Positions 50,740 through 61,472 of a DNA stretch of 64,000 nt are shown here, piece after piece. This DNA is from an uncultured virus (IMG/VR IMGVR_UViG_3300040971_000013) (taxonomy: Duplodnaviria; Heunggongvirae; Uroviricota; Caudoviricetes), in IMG/VR virus record IMGVR_UViG_3300040971_000013. The stretch is one strand, 5' to 3'. The position numbers were made by a program, and so were the translations under genes. The notes under the pieces were generated by a model. It ran no database searches. It was not told the DNA's origin and saw only the letters and a program-made list of their open reading frames with translations. Each line of letters starts with the position of its first letter. The first letter of the stretch is position 1.

Positions 50740-52567
50740 AGAGTATTTAAACGAATCCAGAGACGAGGAAAAACCTGGAACATCAGACAAAAAGAAAATC
50801 GAAGATCTTACACCTGGCGATAAATGTGTCTTTATGTACAAGAACAATGGTGTAAAATATATTGAATGTACTTTTCTCGGATTCACTGATGACACACAAC
50901 AGTATGGGAAAGGCTCCAAAATAAGTTTCAAGACACAAAAAGAGCTTCTTACTCATTATAAAGTAAAGACGCTTGCTCAACTTGAAGCTCTTCAAGACAA
51001 AAATGAATACGGATATCATTCATATATGATTTTGAAAATGGTTAGTGGACAGGTTTTCAATTCATACGTGTTCAAAGGCAAATGGACCATTGGATCCGGC
51101 GCTGATAAAATTACTCTAGTATAAGGAATAAATTATGAAAACATTTAAGGAATATTTAAACGAAGCAACTCAAGAGAAAGATCTTGATCCTAAAAAGAAG
51201 ATTGTTGTCAAAGGTGTCAAAGGTATGAAGTCCAAACCTTTCGTAAAGAAATTTCGGAATTTAGACGCATACGAAAAGTGGACTGATTCTGATGAGTTTG
51301 GTGATTTTGAAGTTCATCAGATCATGAATGAGTCTGAAGAGTTGGATGAACTAAACGAAGCTGAGGATGTTCATAACTTTATCAGTGATATGATCATGGA
51401 CTTTGAAAAGAAACTTGAGAGTGCAATTTCAAAGGGCGCTAAGTCGATTGATCCAATTGTTCTCAAAGACCTTAAAAAGCTTGAAGCTGAATGCACTAGA
51501 GTTCGTAAAGGCAAACTCCACGACGTTAGACCTGGACGTTAATATGAAAACCTTTGCAGAATATATCAATGAGAGCTTTACAGTTAAAGCTGGCCTTCAG
51601 GGAGCTCTCATTGTCAATGGTAAAGACATTGCTAAAGTTGTAAAGCATGGAAACAATGTCTTTATTATGATTGACAAAAAAGACGGTGACAAAAATCGTC
51701 TTCTGGTTCCAGGTGGAAAAGATATGCTATCATCTGAGATAGTTGATTGGTTTACATCTTATCTCAAAAAGAATCCAAAGGTTCTGTCTGAAGATTTAGA
51801 AGAAGCGTATACTCTTTCTGGAACTCCCGAAGAAGCAAAGAAAGCTATAGATCAATATATGAAAGCCATTCAAGGTCTCGGAATTTCAAAAGAAATTGTG
51901 AAGGCTGGTGTAGATGCTATCATGGCAAACTATAAAAAGGATTGTAAGAAAAATTGAAGGAAGGATTAAAGAAATGAAAACATTTAGTGAATATTTGAAT
52001 GAATCAGATGATTCAAAGAAGATTGCATCTCTAGAAAAGAAATTAGCATCTCTAGAAAAGAAAGAAGAATCTAAAAAAGACGCACTTAGTATGGCAACCG
52101 AAAAAAGAAAGATGAAAAGAGAGCGGCAACAAAGTACTAGAGAAATGAAGATTTCGTCTGAACTTAGAGATATCAGATCTCAGATTCTTACTATTAATCT
52201 TGAATTGAAAAAACTCAAAGATACAGAAAATTAAATGAAAACATTCAGCGAATATTTGACAGAAGCGAAGAAATGGCCGGAGCATGTTGTTCCAGGTGTA
52301 AACAAAACATATTTTGTAAAAGGCGAAACTGAAAGTAGACTTTTGACTTTTAAGGATATGGGATCAGATAGTTCTGGACGAGTTTGGCTTGGCAGAATAA
52401 GACAAAAAAATGAAAAATGGGCAATTGCTTTTTATTCCACCGATCTTGGAGCTGACGCCAGATTAAAGTCATTTGACACCAAGGAAGCTGCGAAAGCTGA
52501 ATATGATAAACTAAAAGACGGTATCAAATATAACGACATTTTTAAAATATTCAAAGGTGGTTATTAA
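50726..52567 (+). CDS. Tandem array of five putative internal head proteins (50726-51124, 51135-51542, 51544-51957, 51974-52234, 52235-52567)
   Basis: All start MKTF(K/A/S)EY(L/I)(N/T)E|(S/A). Confidence 0.7.
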
Positions 52568-53089
52568 TTGATTAACTATTCACTCTTTGTAGAACTTTGT
52601 AATATTGTAGAAAAATATAAAGACCGTTATGAGGAATCTAAACGGTCTCATATTGAAAAGGTCATAACAAACGGAAAGAAATTATTCTATTCTGGAATGT
52701 TTCCGACTCTACCAGATCTGTTTTTGTCTGAGTTAGAATCTCATGACAATACAAAGTTCTATTCTGATGAGTATTTCGGAGCAGTCCTTCGACATGCTGT
52801 GAATTTCTGTGGTGCCAAATATCCCTCTAAAGAAATAGAAGACTTTGCTAATAATTCAATTGATACCCATAAGAAATTGAATTCTCATCATCCAGAGAGC
52901 TTTCTAAACCCAAATGATATGACTCTAATGCATCTTGCTTTAATGATATCTGACTGGGAAGCAGTAGCGTCAGAGGAAAAGAATTCCACCAGAGAATGGT
53001 GGAACAAGGTCAAGGGCAACTATAACTTTGATGAAGAACATGTAGATATGATCGAACGTCTGATATGGTTTTTTGAGAACTACAAATGA
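52568..53089 (+). CDS. HD-like hydrolase
   Basis: HI..V, HD..K, H...N.HHPE, M..DW. Confidence 0.6.
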   Translation: MINYSLFVELCNIVEKYKDRYEESKRSHIEKVITNGKKLFYSGMFPTLPDLFLSELESHDNTKFYSDEYFGAVLRHAVNFCGAKYPSKEIEDFANNSIDTHKKLNSHHPESFLNPNDMTLMHLALMISDWEAVASEEKNSTREWWNKVKGNYNFDEEHVDMIERLIWFFENYK

Positions 53090-53508
53090 TATCATTTACT
53101 ACCTTTCTAAACGAGTCTGTTCTAAAAGTAAAGAACAAGTCTCTATCAGTTGTCTCTGCTGACAGGAACAAACTTGTAAGTATCAATATTAAAAAATTTG
53201 ATGAAGCTTTCAAGAAATCTGATATGTTTATTGGTCTCGGTGGATCTGGATCTATTCATGGCAGATATAAACGGTTTGGAATATTTGTCTTTGGTGGAGT
53301 AGAAGATATTGGTGGTGGGATTAAGATTCCTTCCAAAGGCGTTGATTCCATTGAAGCTCCTCAGGTTTCAGTCAACAACAGCGGAGAGATTAGCTTTACC
53401 AACGGCCGTCATAGATATGCCTGGCTTCGAGACAACAAAGCTGATAAGATATTTGTTTCAATGGATCCAATATCGATCAAGAACGCCAAGGAATTTGGAT
53501 ACATCTAA
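53086..53508 (+). CDS. ParB/Srx-like protein with a capsid-targeting-like N-terminus
   Basis: MISFTTFLNE|S; FTNGRHR. Confidence 0.55.
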   Translation: MISFTTFLNESVLKVKNKSLSVVSADRNKLVSINIKKFDEAFKKSDMFIGLGGSGSIHGRYKRFGIFVFGGVEDIGGGIKIPSKGVDSIEAPQVSVNNSGEISFTNGRHRYAWLRDNKADKIFVSMDPISIKNAKEFGYI

Positions 53509-53546
53509 AGACTTTCAAGCGCCGGAGCGGAACAGTCAATAATATC

Positions 53547-53568
53547 GGGACCTTACGGTCCCTTTTTT
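53547..53568 (+). terminator. Intrinsic terminator
   Basis: GGGACC-TTAC-GGTCCC-TTTTTT. Confidence 0.85.
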
Positions 53569-54242
53569 GTTTTTCGTCAATTTTGTTGGTAAATATACAG
53601 CAATTTTCGTCAATTTACGGAATAGTCAATTAATTCAACAGGTTACATCAAATAAGTCACTAGTCTAAGTAGTTGATTTAATTCAATAATTTTAGATACC
53701 ACTATTTTCCTCAACATTTTTCATTAATCACACTGAGTGAACGCTTTAAAGTAGACGGCTGAAGGATTTCTACATGGATTCTACTGAATATTCTACTAGA
53801 GAAAAAGCGAAGCTAATTCTTTCTGCTGAGGGTCTACCGAAGCAGATGTCCGCAAGGACAAAACTCTGATGAGATTTTATTAGATCACCGGAGTGAATAC
53901 CTAAAGTAGACAGCTGAAAGTATTTTTAGACTAAAACTTTAGAGTCTCTAAGGTAGTCCGTTAAAAGTATATCTAAATCGTTCTATGAAATTCTATTTCA
54001 ACTAATATCTTCTATTGCCTCTAATTGTTCCCTAGCGGGAAATGACCTCGGTTCCCGTCGGTCAAAGTTTTAATGGCTTCTATAAATATTTCTATGGAAA
54101 CCTTCTATCAAATTTTCAACTAATTTATTTTGGTTATTTCTATGTTATATTCATGTTTTATAGCTCCAAACTATATTTATTTTGGACTAAGTATTTAAAA
54201 TTATTGAAAACGATGATTTCATCAACAATTTCAGCTATTCTA
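53569..54242. other. Long non-coding region with direct repeats and hairpins (candidate origin or ncRNA)
   Basis: Only long gene-free stretch in the window; imperfect ~39-bp direct repeats at 53728 and 53884. Confidence 0.5.
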
Positions 54243-54293
54243 TTGACAACCAAAGAAATTTGGAGTATACTAATCTTTTAACGGAGGATTTCT

Positions 54294-54785
54294 ATGACAG
54301 AACAACTATCTCTTTTGGCTTATCATAAACATCAATTTGTTCCGGTTGATAGAACACTTGAAATTTATTTTTCGGGATGTTCTCATCAATGTCCAGGGTG
54401 TCATAACTCAGAACTATGGGAACGGACATCTGACAATACTATATGGATCTCTGGTGTTGAACTTGTAGCTGATCTAATGGACTATAAGGATATTGCTACA
54501 TCAGTTCATATCCTTGGTGGAGAGCCTTTAGATCAAGATCATCAAGCCCTTTATATGTTTTTATATTTCCTTGACAATGTCGGTTTCAAAAATATTATTT
54601 TCTTTACTGCTAATGATATATCTCAGAGTGATATATCTAAAAGTATTATGTTTGACTATTGTTCTTACGTCAAGGTTGGAGCATATGATGAATCCTTGAC
54701 AGACGGTGCTTACGTTGATATTGAAACTGGAATCAAATTAGCGTCATCTAACCAGAAAATCTATAAGGGTCGAAAACATGAGTAA
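54294..54785 (+). CDS. nrdG: Anaerobic RNR activase
   Basis: YFSGCSHQCPGCHN, LGGEP, SSNQ. Confidence 0.9.
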   Translation: MTEQLSLLAYHKHQFVPVDRTLEIYFSGCSHQCPGCHNSELWERTSDNTIWISGVELVADLMDYKDIATSVHILGGEPLDQDHQALYMFLYFLDNVGFKNIIFFTANDISQSDISKSIMFDYCSYVKVGAYDESLTDGAYVDIETGIKLASSNQKIYKGRKHE

Positions 54786-55248
54786 AGAATACAAGAAACA
54801 CATGACCTTTCTGAGAATTGCTAAAGAATTTGCAAATCTATCTCATTGTGTTTCTCATAAGGTTGCTGCTATTGCTGTAAAGGACGGAAGAATCATTTGT
54901 TCGGGTATTAATGGGACTCCTCCTGGAGATGCTAACTGTGATGATATTTTTGATGCTGATAATTTTGACAGAGAAGAACATAAGATCTTTTCAGACAAGA
55001 AAGAACTGCATGCTGAAATGAATTTGATTCTCTCAGCAGCTCGTGAAGGGATTTCATTGAAAGGATCTACTCTATATTGTACTCTGTTTCCTTGTGGACA
55101 GTGTATCAAGAATCTTATGCTGTCTGGTATCAGTACTATCTATTATGCAAAGGTCTATGACAGATATTCAGAAAAGGAATATAATGATACTCTGTGGTGG
55201 TGTCGAGACCGTGGGATTACCATAGAACACATTGAAGCGTATAAATAA
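54778..55248 (+). CDS. dCMP deaminase
   Basis: HAEMN, PCGQC. Confidence 0.92.
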   Translation: MSKEYKKHMTFLRIAKEFANLSHCVSHKVAAIAVKDGRIICSGINGTPPGDANCDDIFDADNFDREEHKIFSDKKELHAEMNLILSAAREGISLKGSTLYCTLFPCGQCIKNLMLSGISTIYYAKVYDRYSEKEYNDTLWWCRDRGITIEHIEAYK

Positions 55249-55274
55249 TTCAAAATAGACCCAAGGAGATTTAT

Positions 55275-55991
55275 ATGGCACGGAAAAAGAAAGCTGTAGA
55301 AGTAGTCGAAGTAGTCGAAGTAGTTAAAGAAACCTTTGATACTCCAGTAGAAGAACCAGTTGTAGAAAAGTTTGCTGATATTACTGTAGATGAACTACTT
55401 GAAGTATTAGACGAGATTGAAACAAAGGAAGAAGTTAAAGAAGAAGTTAAACCAGTAGTTAAAGAAGTAAAAGATTCTGTTGTTGGCGAAGTATTATTCC
55501 CTTTAGTAGTCGGGATGGTCGCAGATGGATACCAGGCTGGGGACATCAAGGCGCGTGTGAAAGCAGTTGCAACTAATCGTGGTCTCAAAGTTGATCTAAC
55601 CAAATTCTATGAGCAGCGTTTTACAAAAGAAATGATTTTGGTTCTATCGGAGCTTAAGTAAAAAATGGTACTAACATTCAGAGAGTTTCATAATACTGTC
55701 AAGAAGGTTGAAGAAGCCTTTAACGAGAATACCGATGAGACTATTGAAGGCTTCTTTGAGAAACTAGAAGAAAAGCAAGTCTGTCTTGAGACCGTTATGA
55801 CCGGTGATATTGCTCAGATGACTCTTCCTCTTGGTCTCATGCGTAGACGCAAACCGATTCCAGAGACTGATCCTGACAACTCAGAAATGGAAAATTGGAT
55901 TGCAGAAAATAAAGCAGCTTTCAAGAAACGATATGGCAACGATTGGGAGAAGGTTCTCTATTCTACAGCGGAAGCCCTCTACAAGAAATGA
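55275..55991 (+). CDS. Two late hypothetical genes (55275-55661 acidic; 55665-55991 with FKKRYG..VLYSTA)
   Basis: Late promoter TATAAATA at 55240-55247. Confidence 0.55.
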
Positions 55992-56560
55992 TAGTTGCTG
56001 GTGTAGACTATAGTATGTCGTCACCAAGCATTTGTGTGTACGATACTGAGTCTGGTGATTTGTCTCATCAGAACTGTTTCTATTTCTATAAACAAGCTGT
56101 TCCATCTATAAAGGAAATGAATAGGATCTGTCAGTTAGATCTTGTCAATATCTTTCCTGGATATCAGAGCAAGTTTAAAGATGAATTCACTAAAGTATTC
56201 TGTCTTGCTGATTGGGGGTATTCTATCATACGAGAAATGAAAGTAGAACTTGTAGCTCTTGAAAGTTATGCTTTTGGTGCGTCTGGTAGAGTATTCAATA
56301 TTGCTGAAGCTACTGGATTGCTTAAGATGTTTCTTCAGTTGAACAAAATTCCAATATTGACTTTTGCTCCGACACAAATTAAAAAAGTTTTTTCAGGAAA
56401 GGGAAATAGTAACAAGAACGCAATGATCAAATTCTACAACGATAAATATAGCGTTAATATGTGGGATATATTTGGAGTAGAAGAAAAGGTTGAAACTCCG
56501 ATTGCTGATCTTATTGATTCTCATGCTATTCTTTATACATATCTAGAACTAAAATCTTAG
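55988..56560 (+). CDS. RuvC-like (RNase H fold) nuclease
   Basis: AGVDYS, ALESYAF, IAE..G, PT.IKK...GKGN..K, D.IDS. Confidence 0.75.
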   Translation: MIVAGVDYSMSSPSICVYDTESGDLSHQNCFYFYKQAVPSIKEMNRICQLDLVNIFPGYQSKFKDEFTKVFCLADWGYSIIREMKVELVALESYAFGASGRVFNIAEATGLLKMFLQLNKIPILTFAPTQIKKVFSGKGNSNKNAMIKFYNDKYSVNMWDIFGVEEKVETPIADLIDSHAILYTYLELKS

Positions 56561-56568
56561 GAGGCTTA

Positions 56569-57006
56569 ATGATTTTTACCAAAGTTAGGGATGTAAAGTC
56601 CCCATGTCGCGCAAATGATACCGACGCGGGTATCGACTTTTACGTTCCAAATGACTTCTGGCCAATTACACTTGATCCACAAAAAGACGTTCTCATTCCT
56701 TCCGGTGTTAAAGTGCATGTTCCAAATGGATATGCTTTAATTGCATTCAATAAATCTGGTGTAGCTACAAAAAAGAAGTTGGCCGTAGGAGCAGAAGTTA
56801 TTGATGTAGGATATGAGGGTGAAATGGGTCTTCACTTATTTAATGCTGGAACAGAACCACAATATATTGAACCAGGCATGAAGATTATTCAGTTTGTTCT
56901 TCTTCCTATTAGTTCAGCACATCCTAAAGAGGTATCTAACGATGAATACACAGCATGTTGCGGATCCAACCGTGGAGCAGGTGGCTTCGGATCAACTGGT
57001 ATCTAA
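56569..57006 (+). CDS. dut: dUTPase
   Basis: AGIDF, KSG, IDVGYEGE, RGAGGFGSTG. Confidence 0.95.
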   Translation: MIFTKVRDVKSPCRANDTDAGIDFYVPNDFWPITLDPQKDVLIPSGVKVHVPNGYALIAFNKSGVATKKKLAVGAEVIDVGYEGEMGLHLFNAGTEPQYIEPGMKIIQFVLLPISSAHPKEVSNDEYTACCGSNRGAGGFGSTGI

Positions 57007-57272
57007 CTATACTGTCAATCTATATGTAATGGATCCTTCTGGGATCCGTGAAGTAACTATTGAGACTCAGTTAGATTTGATCTCTGCTTATTATCTACAA
57101 AAGAATCTAAATGCTTCTATTGAACTATTGAGAAAAACAAAAGATGCAGTTGCAGTTTCCTTTACTTATATCAAAGATGAAAAACTGTGTTCTTGTGGGT
57201 TTATCAATATAGTTGGAATTGTTCATGACATTCCAGCACTGAAAGCACAAGAAATTCCAGATGAGGTGGTCG

Positions 57273-57647
57273 ATGACTAAACATAAAGGATATTCTCGTA
57301 TTCTAATGGACATTGACAACACAATCTCATTTACTACTGATAGGGATTATGCTAATGCTGTTCCTAATATGCCAGTAATAGAGAAGATGCGGGAACTTGC
57401 TGATCAAGGTGTGAACTTTGTTTTGTTTACTGCTCGTGGGATGGTCACCTTTGACGACAACCCAGATGCAGCAGAGAAATGTCATAGACCGCAACTGGAA
57501 GAATGGATGAAAAAGTATGATGTTCCATATTCTGATATTGTATTTGGGAAGCCATTTGCTTTAGCTATTGTAGATGATACTGCTATTAGACCAAACGAAT
57601 TCTTGGGGCTAACACTTGATAAAACAACAAACTCCAATTGTAATTGA
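57273..57647 (+). CDS. Small HAD-family phosphatase
   Basis: DIDNTI, FTARG, GKP, DD. Confidence 0.85.
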   Translation: MTKHKGYSRILMDIDNTISFTTDRDYANAVPNMPVIEKMRELADQGVNFVLFTARGMVTFDDNPDAAEKCHRPQLEEWMKKYDVPYSDIVFGKPFALAIVDDTAIRPNEFLGLTLDKTTNSNCN

Positions 57648-59040
57648 TAGCAACAAAAAGGAATCAGTGGTTTTCATGGTTCCTTTTTGTCCGTCTAAGA
57701 CTATCAAATATTCGCCTATTTTTGGATTCAAGTATACAATTTTAAAGGAATTGCAAAAACGATTCAATGTGATCATCATCGGTGGAGATACTGAACTGTC
57801 TACAGAATTCAACTATTTCCGTCCAGACCAGAAAAGATTTGATGAAATAAAAGAATCAGAATTCAAGAAAAAGGTTGAAACTGATAACCATTTTCTATAT
57901 AACTATAATATCATCAAAGGACATCTACGAGACGTTCTAAAAGTTATTTCTGGATTGAACATCAAGTATATTGTAAACAATGATGAAGGTATGTGGCTTC
58001 CGTTGATGAAGTATAAGCTCAAAGAATTTAAACATGAGTTCAATGAGTTCTTTGACTATACTGGAGACGATCTTAGTATAATTCAAAAGAAAAATGAATA
58101 TAGTGAAGAAGTTTCAAAGGTTATTCATCGGCATGTCAATATCCTTGCATATTCTCAAGTCCGCCAGGCGTTTCAGTACTGTCTGATTGATGTTCTTGTT
58201 GAGATGTTCCAGAATACGCTAAAAACTTTTGACAATTTTGTTATAGATCCAGTAAACTTTGCTGCATACTACAACAATCTTCCGGTACCAAATAGAAATC
58301 TTTATTTTGTTGATGACAATAGAGGAACACGCAACTTTCAGAAATTTCCAATTGGACAGTTGCAACACGCCTATCATGATGAAGTTATTAAGACTATAAA
58401 TCCATTAGATGATGAAGAACCGATCGTAAAAGATAAGATCTTTATTCATTATAGTTCATTGTTTCATGAGAAAGGATCTAGGTTGGACTTGTGGAATTTA
58501 TATTTCAAAGATCTGAGAATCGAAAATTCTTCTCTGTTTATTCCGATGAAGTCTAATGGATTCTTTTTCAAATCAGAAAAAGAATTAAACGGATCCCAGC
58601 GTTTGGTTTCTGCTATGGATAAGCTGTATAAAACATTTGGAAAGGAACTTGTGGATGAAGTCAATTCCCATCCAATGTATTGTAAATGGTTTAAGCCAGA
58701 ACAATGCAATGATATTCTAAAGCAATATAGATATTCTACAATCATTAGGTGTATGTCTCATTATGATTCGTTGAATTATCGTCCGGTTCTATATACTTAC
58801 CATAAAGTATTGCCGCTGTTGGACCCGATGTACGATCCGGCTTATTTACAGATTCCGAAAGAGATTCAAGATTTACTTTTAGTACGAGATCACAAAGACA
58901 TTGAAGATAAAGTAAAATATTATGAACAACATCCAGATGAACGTGAAGATATATTGGAATTTCTGTGGAACCATTTCGAGATTGACAAATGGAAGAATCC
59001 AGAATATGTTGACTCATTAATCAAATCATATTGGAGTTAA
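57616..59040 (+). CDS. Putative glycosyltransferase-like (GT-B) protein
   Basis: C-terminal pattern LNYRPV...PLLDP.YD...L.V....DIEDK..YYE..P.ERE; context. Weak call. Confidence 0.45.
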   Translation: MIKQQTPIVIDSNKKESVVFMVPFCPSKTIKYSPIFGFKYTILKELQKRFNVIIIGGDTELSTEFNYFRPDQKRFDEIKESEFKKKVETDNHFLYNYNIIKGHLRDVLKVISGLNIKYIVNNDEGMWLPLMKYKLKEFKHEFNEFFDYTGDDLSIIQKKNEYSEEVSKVIHRHVNILAYSQVRQAFQYCLIDVLVEMFQNTLKTFDNFVIDPVNFAAYYNNLPVPNRNLYFVDDNRGTRNFQKFPIGQLQHAYHDEVIKTINPLDDEEPIVKDKIFIHYSSLFHEKGSRLDLWNLYFKDLRIENSSLFIPMKSNGFFFKSEKELNGSQRLVSAMDKLYKTFGKELVDEVNSHPMYCKWFKPEQCNDILKQYRYSTIIRCMSHYDSLNYRPVLYTYHKVLPLLDPMYDPAYLQIPKEIQDLLLVRDHKDIEDKVKYYEQHPDEREDILEFLWNHFEIDKWKNPEYVDSLIKSYWS

Positions 59041-59046
59041 AATTTT

Positions 59047-60447
59047 ATGGCTAATGTAATCTATGCCAAATTCGGTAAGAGCATTTTATTTGATGAATCT
59101 AAATGGTCACCAGCAGGAGGAGATAATGAAGCATCTTATCTCCTGTTTGCAATGGCTCGGTTCTATCCCGAACATACCTTTTGGATCGTTGGTAAATCTG
59201 ATTGGGATCGTGTCTTTCCAGAAGGTCATGAGAAATTTCCAAATATCAAGTATATCTGGTCTAAGGAATATTGGGAAGATACGACGAATCCAAACAAATA
59301 TTCTGATGATGAATCTAAAGATGTCGTTATAGAAAAGTATTGTAACTATACTTATAAGACATTTCAGCGTCTAGGAATTACTATTGATTACGGTATCCTT
59401 TTGATGGGAATTATGTACAATGCTCATATTCCAAACTGTGTTCCAAAGACTCGTGGAGTAAAGGATACTGATCCGATTGAATTTTGTACGCCGTTGGAAT
59501 GTCCGCTAAAGTATTCTTCTCATATCAATGTTCTATTGAATGAGACAGATGTTCCATGGATGATCATCTGTACTGATCCACGTCAGACAAGAAACAAACC
59601 AAAGGATCTAATCAACCAGGCATATATTGTAGCGTCTCAAATTGATGATGTCTATTCTAAAGCAGGATCAAAACATTGGTATAACGGTAAGCATGTTCCT
59701 ACTCTGAACGATAGACATCATGAAAGTTCATATGCTGAATTCATCAATCTTCTATCTAGAGACCCTTATATGGAACTAAAGAATCTTGACCGTTCTTGGT
59801 TTGCTAAAAAGTATGGGTTCAATATGATAGTAAACGAGGGTATACCTTCAACAGATCCCAACAAGAAACCGCCACGCTGGTATCCATTGAATGAATATAT
59901 TCTATCAGATCCGCTGTTTGAATGTTCTATCTATGGCAAATGGACAGATGAAGTACTTGATTCTGATAGAAGATTCAAAGGACCGATTCATCCCAATAGT
60001 CTAGGAGAAGTTCTAGAGACTACCAAATATACATTCTGTATTCCTATTGATGCTGGATGGATGACTTCTAAATTTGTCGAGATGGCTCATTTCGGAGTAA
60101 TTCCGTTTCTACATAAAGACTATGCGTCTAAATCGTTGTCAAAGAATTTCATTGATGACTATTTCTTCGTCTGTTCTAAAGAAGATCTATTCAATAAAAT
60201 AACAGACCTAGAATCATCCTTTGATAAATACATGGCAGTCATTGAAAAGTTGAAAAAAATAATCTTTATCAGTAACAGTATGGCTATGTATACTGGAGCC
60301 TTTGTTTCTGCTTCTATGGTCAATTTGATACACAAACATCAGAAGCATACTGATATCTGGCCGCTGAAAACAAAAGAATCATTAAAAGAAACGACTACAC
60401 TGAAAGATTATATGAAAGTATCAAATCCTATGGATGCTTTTTTCTAA
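59047..60447 (+). CDS. Putative DNA glycosyltransferase (T4 BGT-like GT-B fold)
   Basis: GGDNE, TDPR, IYGKW, KYTFCIP...W.TSKF.EM...GVIPF.H..Y. Confidence 0.6.
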   Translation: MANVIYAKFGKSILFDESKWSPAGGDNEASYLLFAMARFYPEHTFWIVGKSDWDRVFPEGHEKFPNIKYIWSKEYWEDTTNPNKYSDDESKDVVIEKYCNYTYKTFQRLGITIDYGILLMGIMYNAHIPNCVPKTRGVKDTDPIEFCTPLECPLKYSSHINVLLNETDVPWMIICTDPRQTRNKPKDLINQAYIVASQIDDVYSKAGSKHWYNGKHVPTLNDRHHESSYAEFINLLSRDPYMELKNLDRSWFAKKYGFNMIVNEGIPSTDPNKKPPRWYPLNEYILSDPLFECSIYGKWTDEVLDSDRRFKGPIHPNSLGEVLETTKYTFCIPIDAGWMTSKFVEMAHFGVIPFLHKDYASKSLSKNFIDDYFFVCSKEDLFNKITDLESSFDKYMAVIEKLKKIIFISNSMAMYTGAFVSASMVNLIHKHQKHTDIWPLKTKESLKETTTLKDYMKVSNPMDAFF

Positions 60448-60450
60448 GGA

Positions 60451-61256
60451 GTGCAAATGAATTTTACTTGGTCAGTTATTGTCCCTCTCATCGGTGGTCT
60501 TCCACTTGCTATGAAAAATGTTTTTGAGAAAGATCCTGAATACATAATGAGTTATTCACCATTTCAGAACAACGATAAACATTTTGTTTCTTATCTTCGT
60601 CAACATGGATGGAACGGAAAATATCATGTTCTTGATTCAGTAGAAGATTCTTGTATTGCTGATATCTGTACTGATGAACCTGAAACCGATGTAGATGTGG
60701 TTGGAGCTGTTTGTCCATGTGCTGGTTTATCTTCTCTATCTGTTACAAGTAATGCTGATTCTGCAGTCAATCAATGGCTCTATACTTCAGCAGAATATGT
60801 ATTGAAGAATCGAAAACCAAAGATCTTTTGGGGTGAGAACGCTCCAAGGCTTGCTACTGCGTCTGGAAAGAAAGTTGCTGATGAACTCTATGAGATCGGT
60901 AAAAAATATGGATATCATTTTCTAATCTACTCAACCGAATCACGACTACACGGTAATCCTCAGATCCGCCCAAGGACTTTCTATTTCTTTTTCAATAAAG
61001 AACATTTTGCTTCTATGCCAGTTTTGTTTGATATTCCTAAAGAAACACTTTCATATGAAGTAATTCTCAATAAACCTCTAATAGAAAATGATCCGATGAA
61101 CATTCTAATGAATCCNNNNNNNNNNNNNNNNNNNNNNNNNNNNNNNNNNNNNNNNNNNNNNNNNNNNNNNNNNNNNNNNNNNNNNNNNNNNNNNNNNNNN
61201 NNNNNNNNNNNNNNNCTGATGATTTATCTATCTCTTCTTTAGATGATTTTTGTTGA
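60451..61256 (+). CDS. C5-cytosine methyltransferase-like protein, interrupted by the assembly gap
   Basis: PCAGLS (motif IV), GENAP (VI), HG.PQ.R.R (VIII); a post-gap frame ends SSLDDFC*, though assignment of that end is uncertain. Confidence 0.7.
61116..61215. other. Assembly gap (100 N)
   Basis: Run of N. Confidence 1.
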
Positions 61257-61472
61257 CAGTAACTTAAAGAATGTTTATTGTTCATCTATCAAATCAACCT
61301 AAACCTGGAGTTTTGAGATGAAGATTTCAAAGGAAGAAATCAACAAGATGAATAGGGCTGATGAGTTTTACCATATGTCAGTTGGTGAAAACAAACGTCG
61401 GTGTAAAACTCATGACTCCCAGAAACAGTATAAGAGAAAAGGTAAGTATAAAAAAGATTTTTCGGAGGCTGA

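Noticed and set aside
53509..54242. tRNA genes
   Set aside because: No cloverleaf or T-loop GTTC(G/A)A context was recognised here or elsewhere in the window.
61216..61242. ORF-track C-terminus LMIYLSLL of the methyltransferase
   Set aside because: The frame across the N gap is arbitrary; the alternative frame DDLSISSLDDFC* looks more like a real end.
192..61285. Most short minus-strand and nested ORFs in the track
   Set aside because: They shadow well-supported plus-strand genes and lack RBS or motifs; only 9639-10496 and 23978-24373 were retained.
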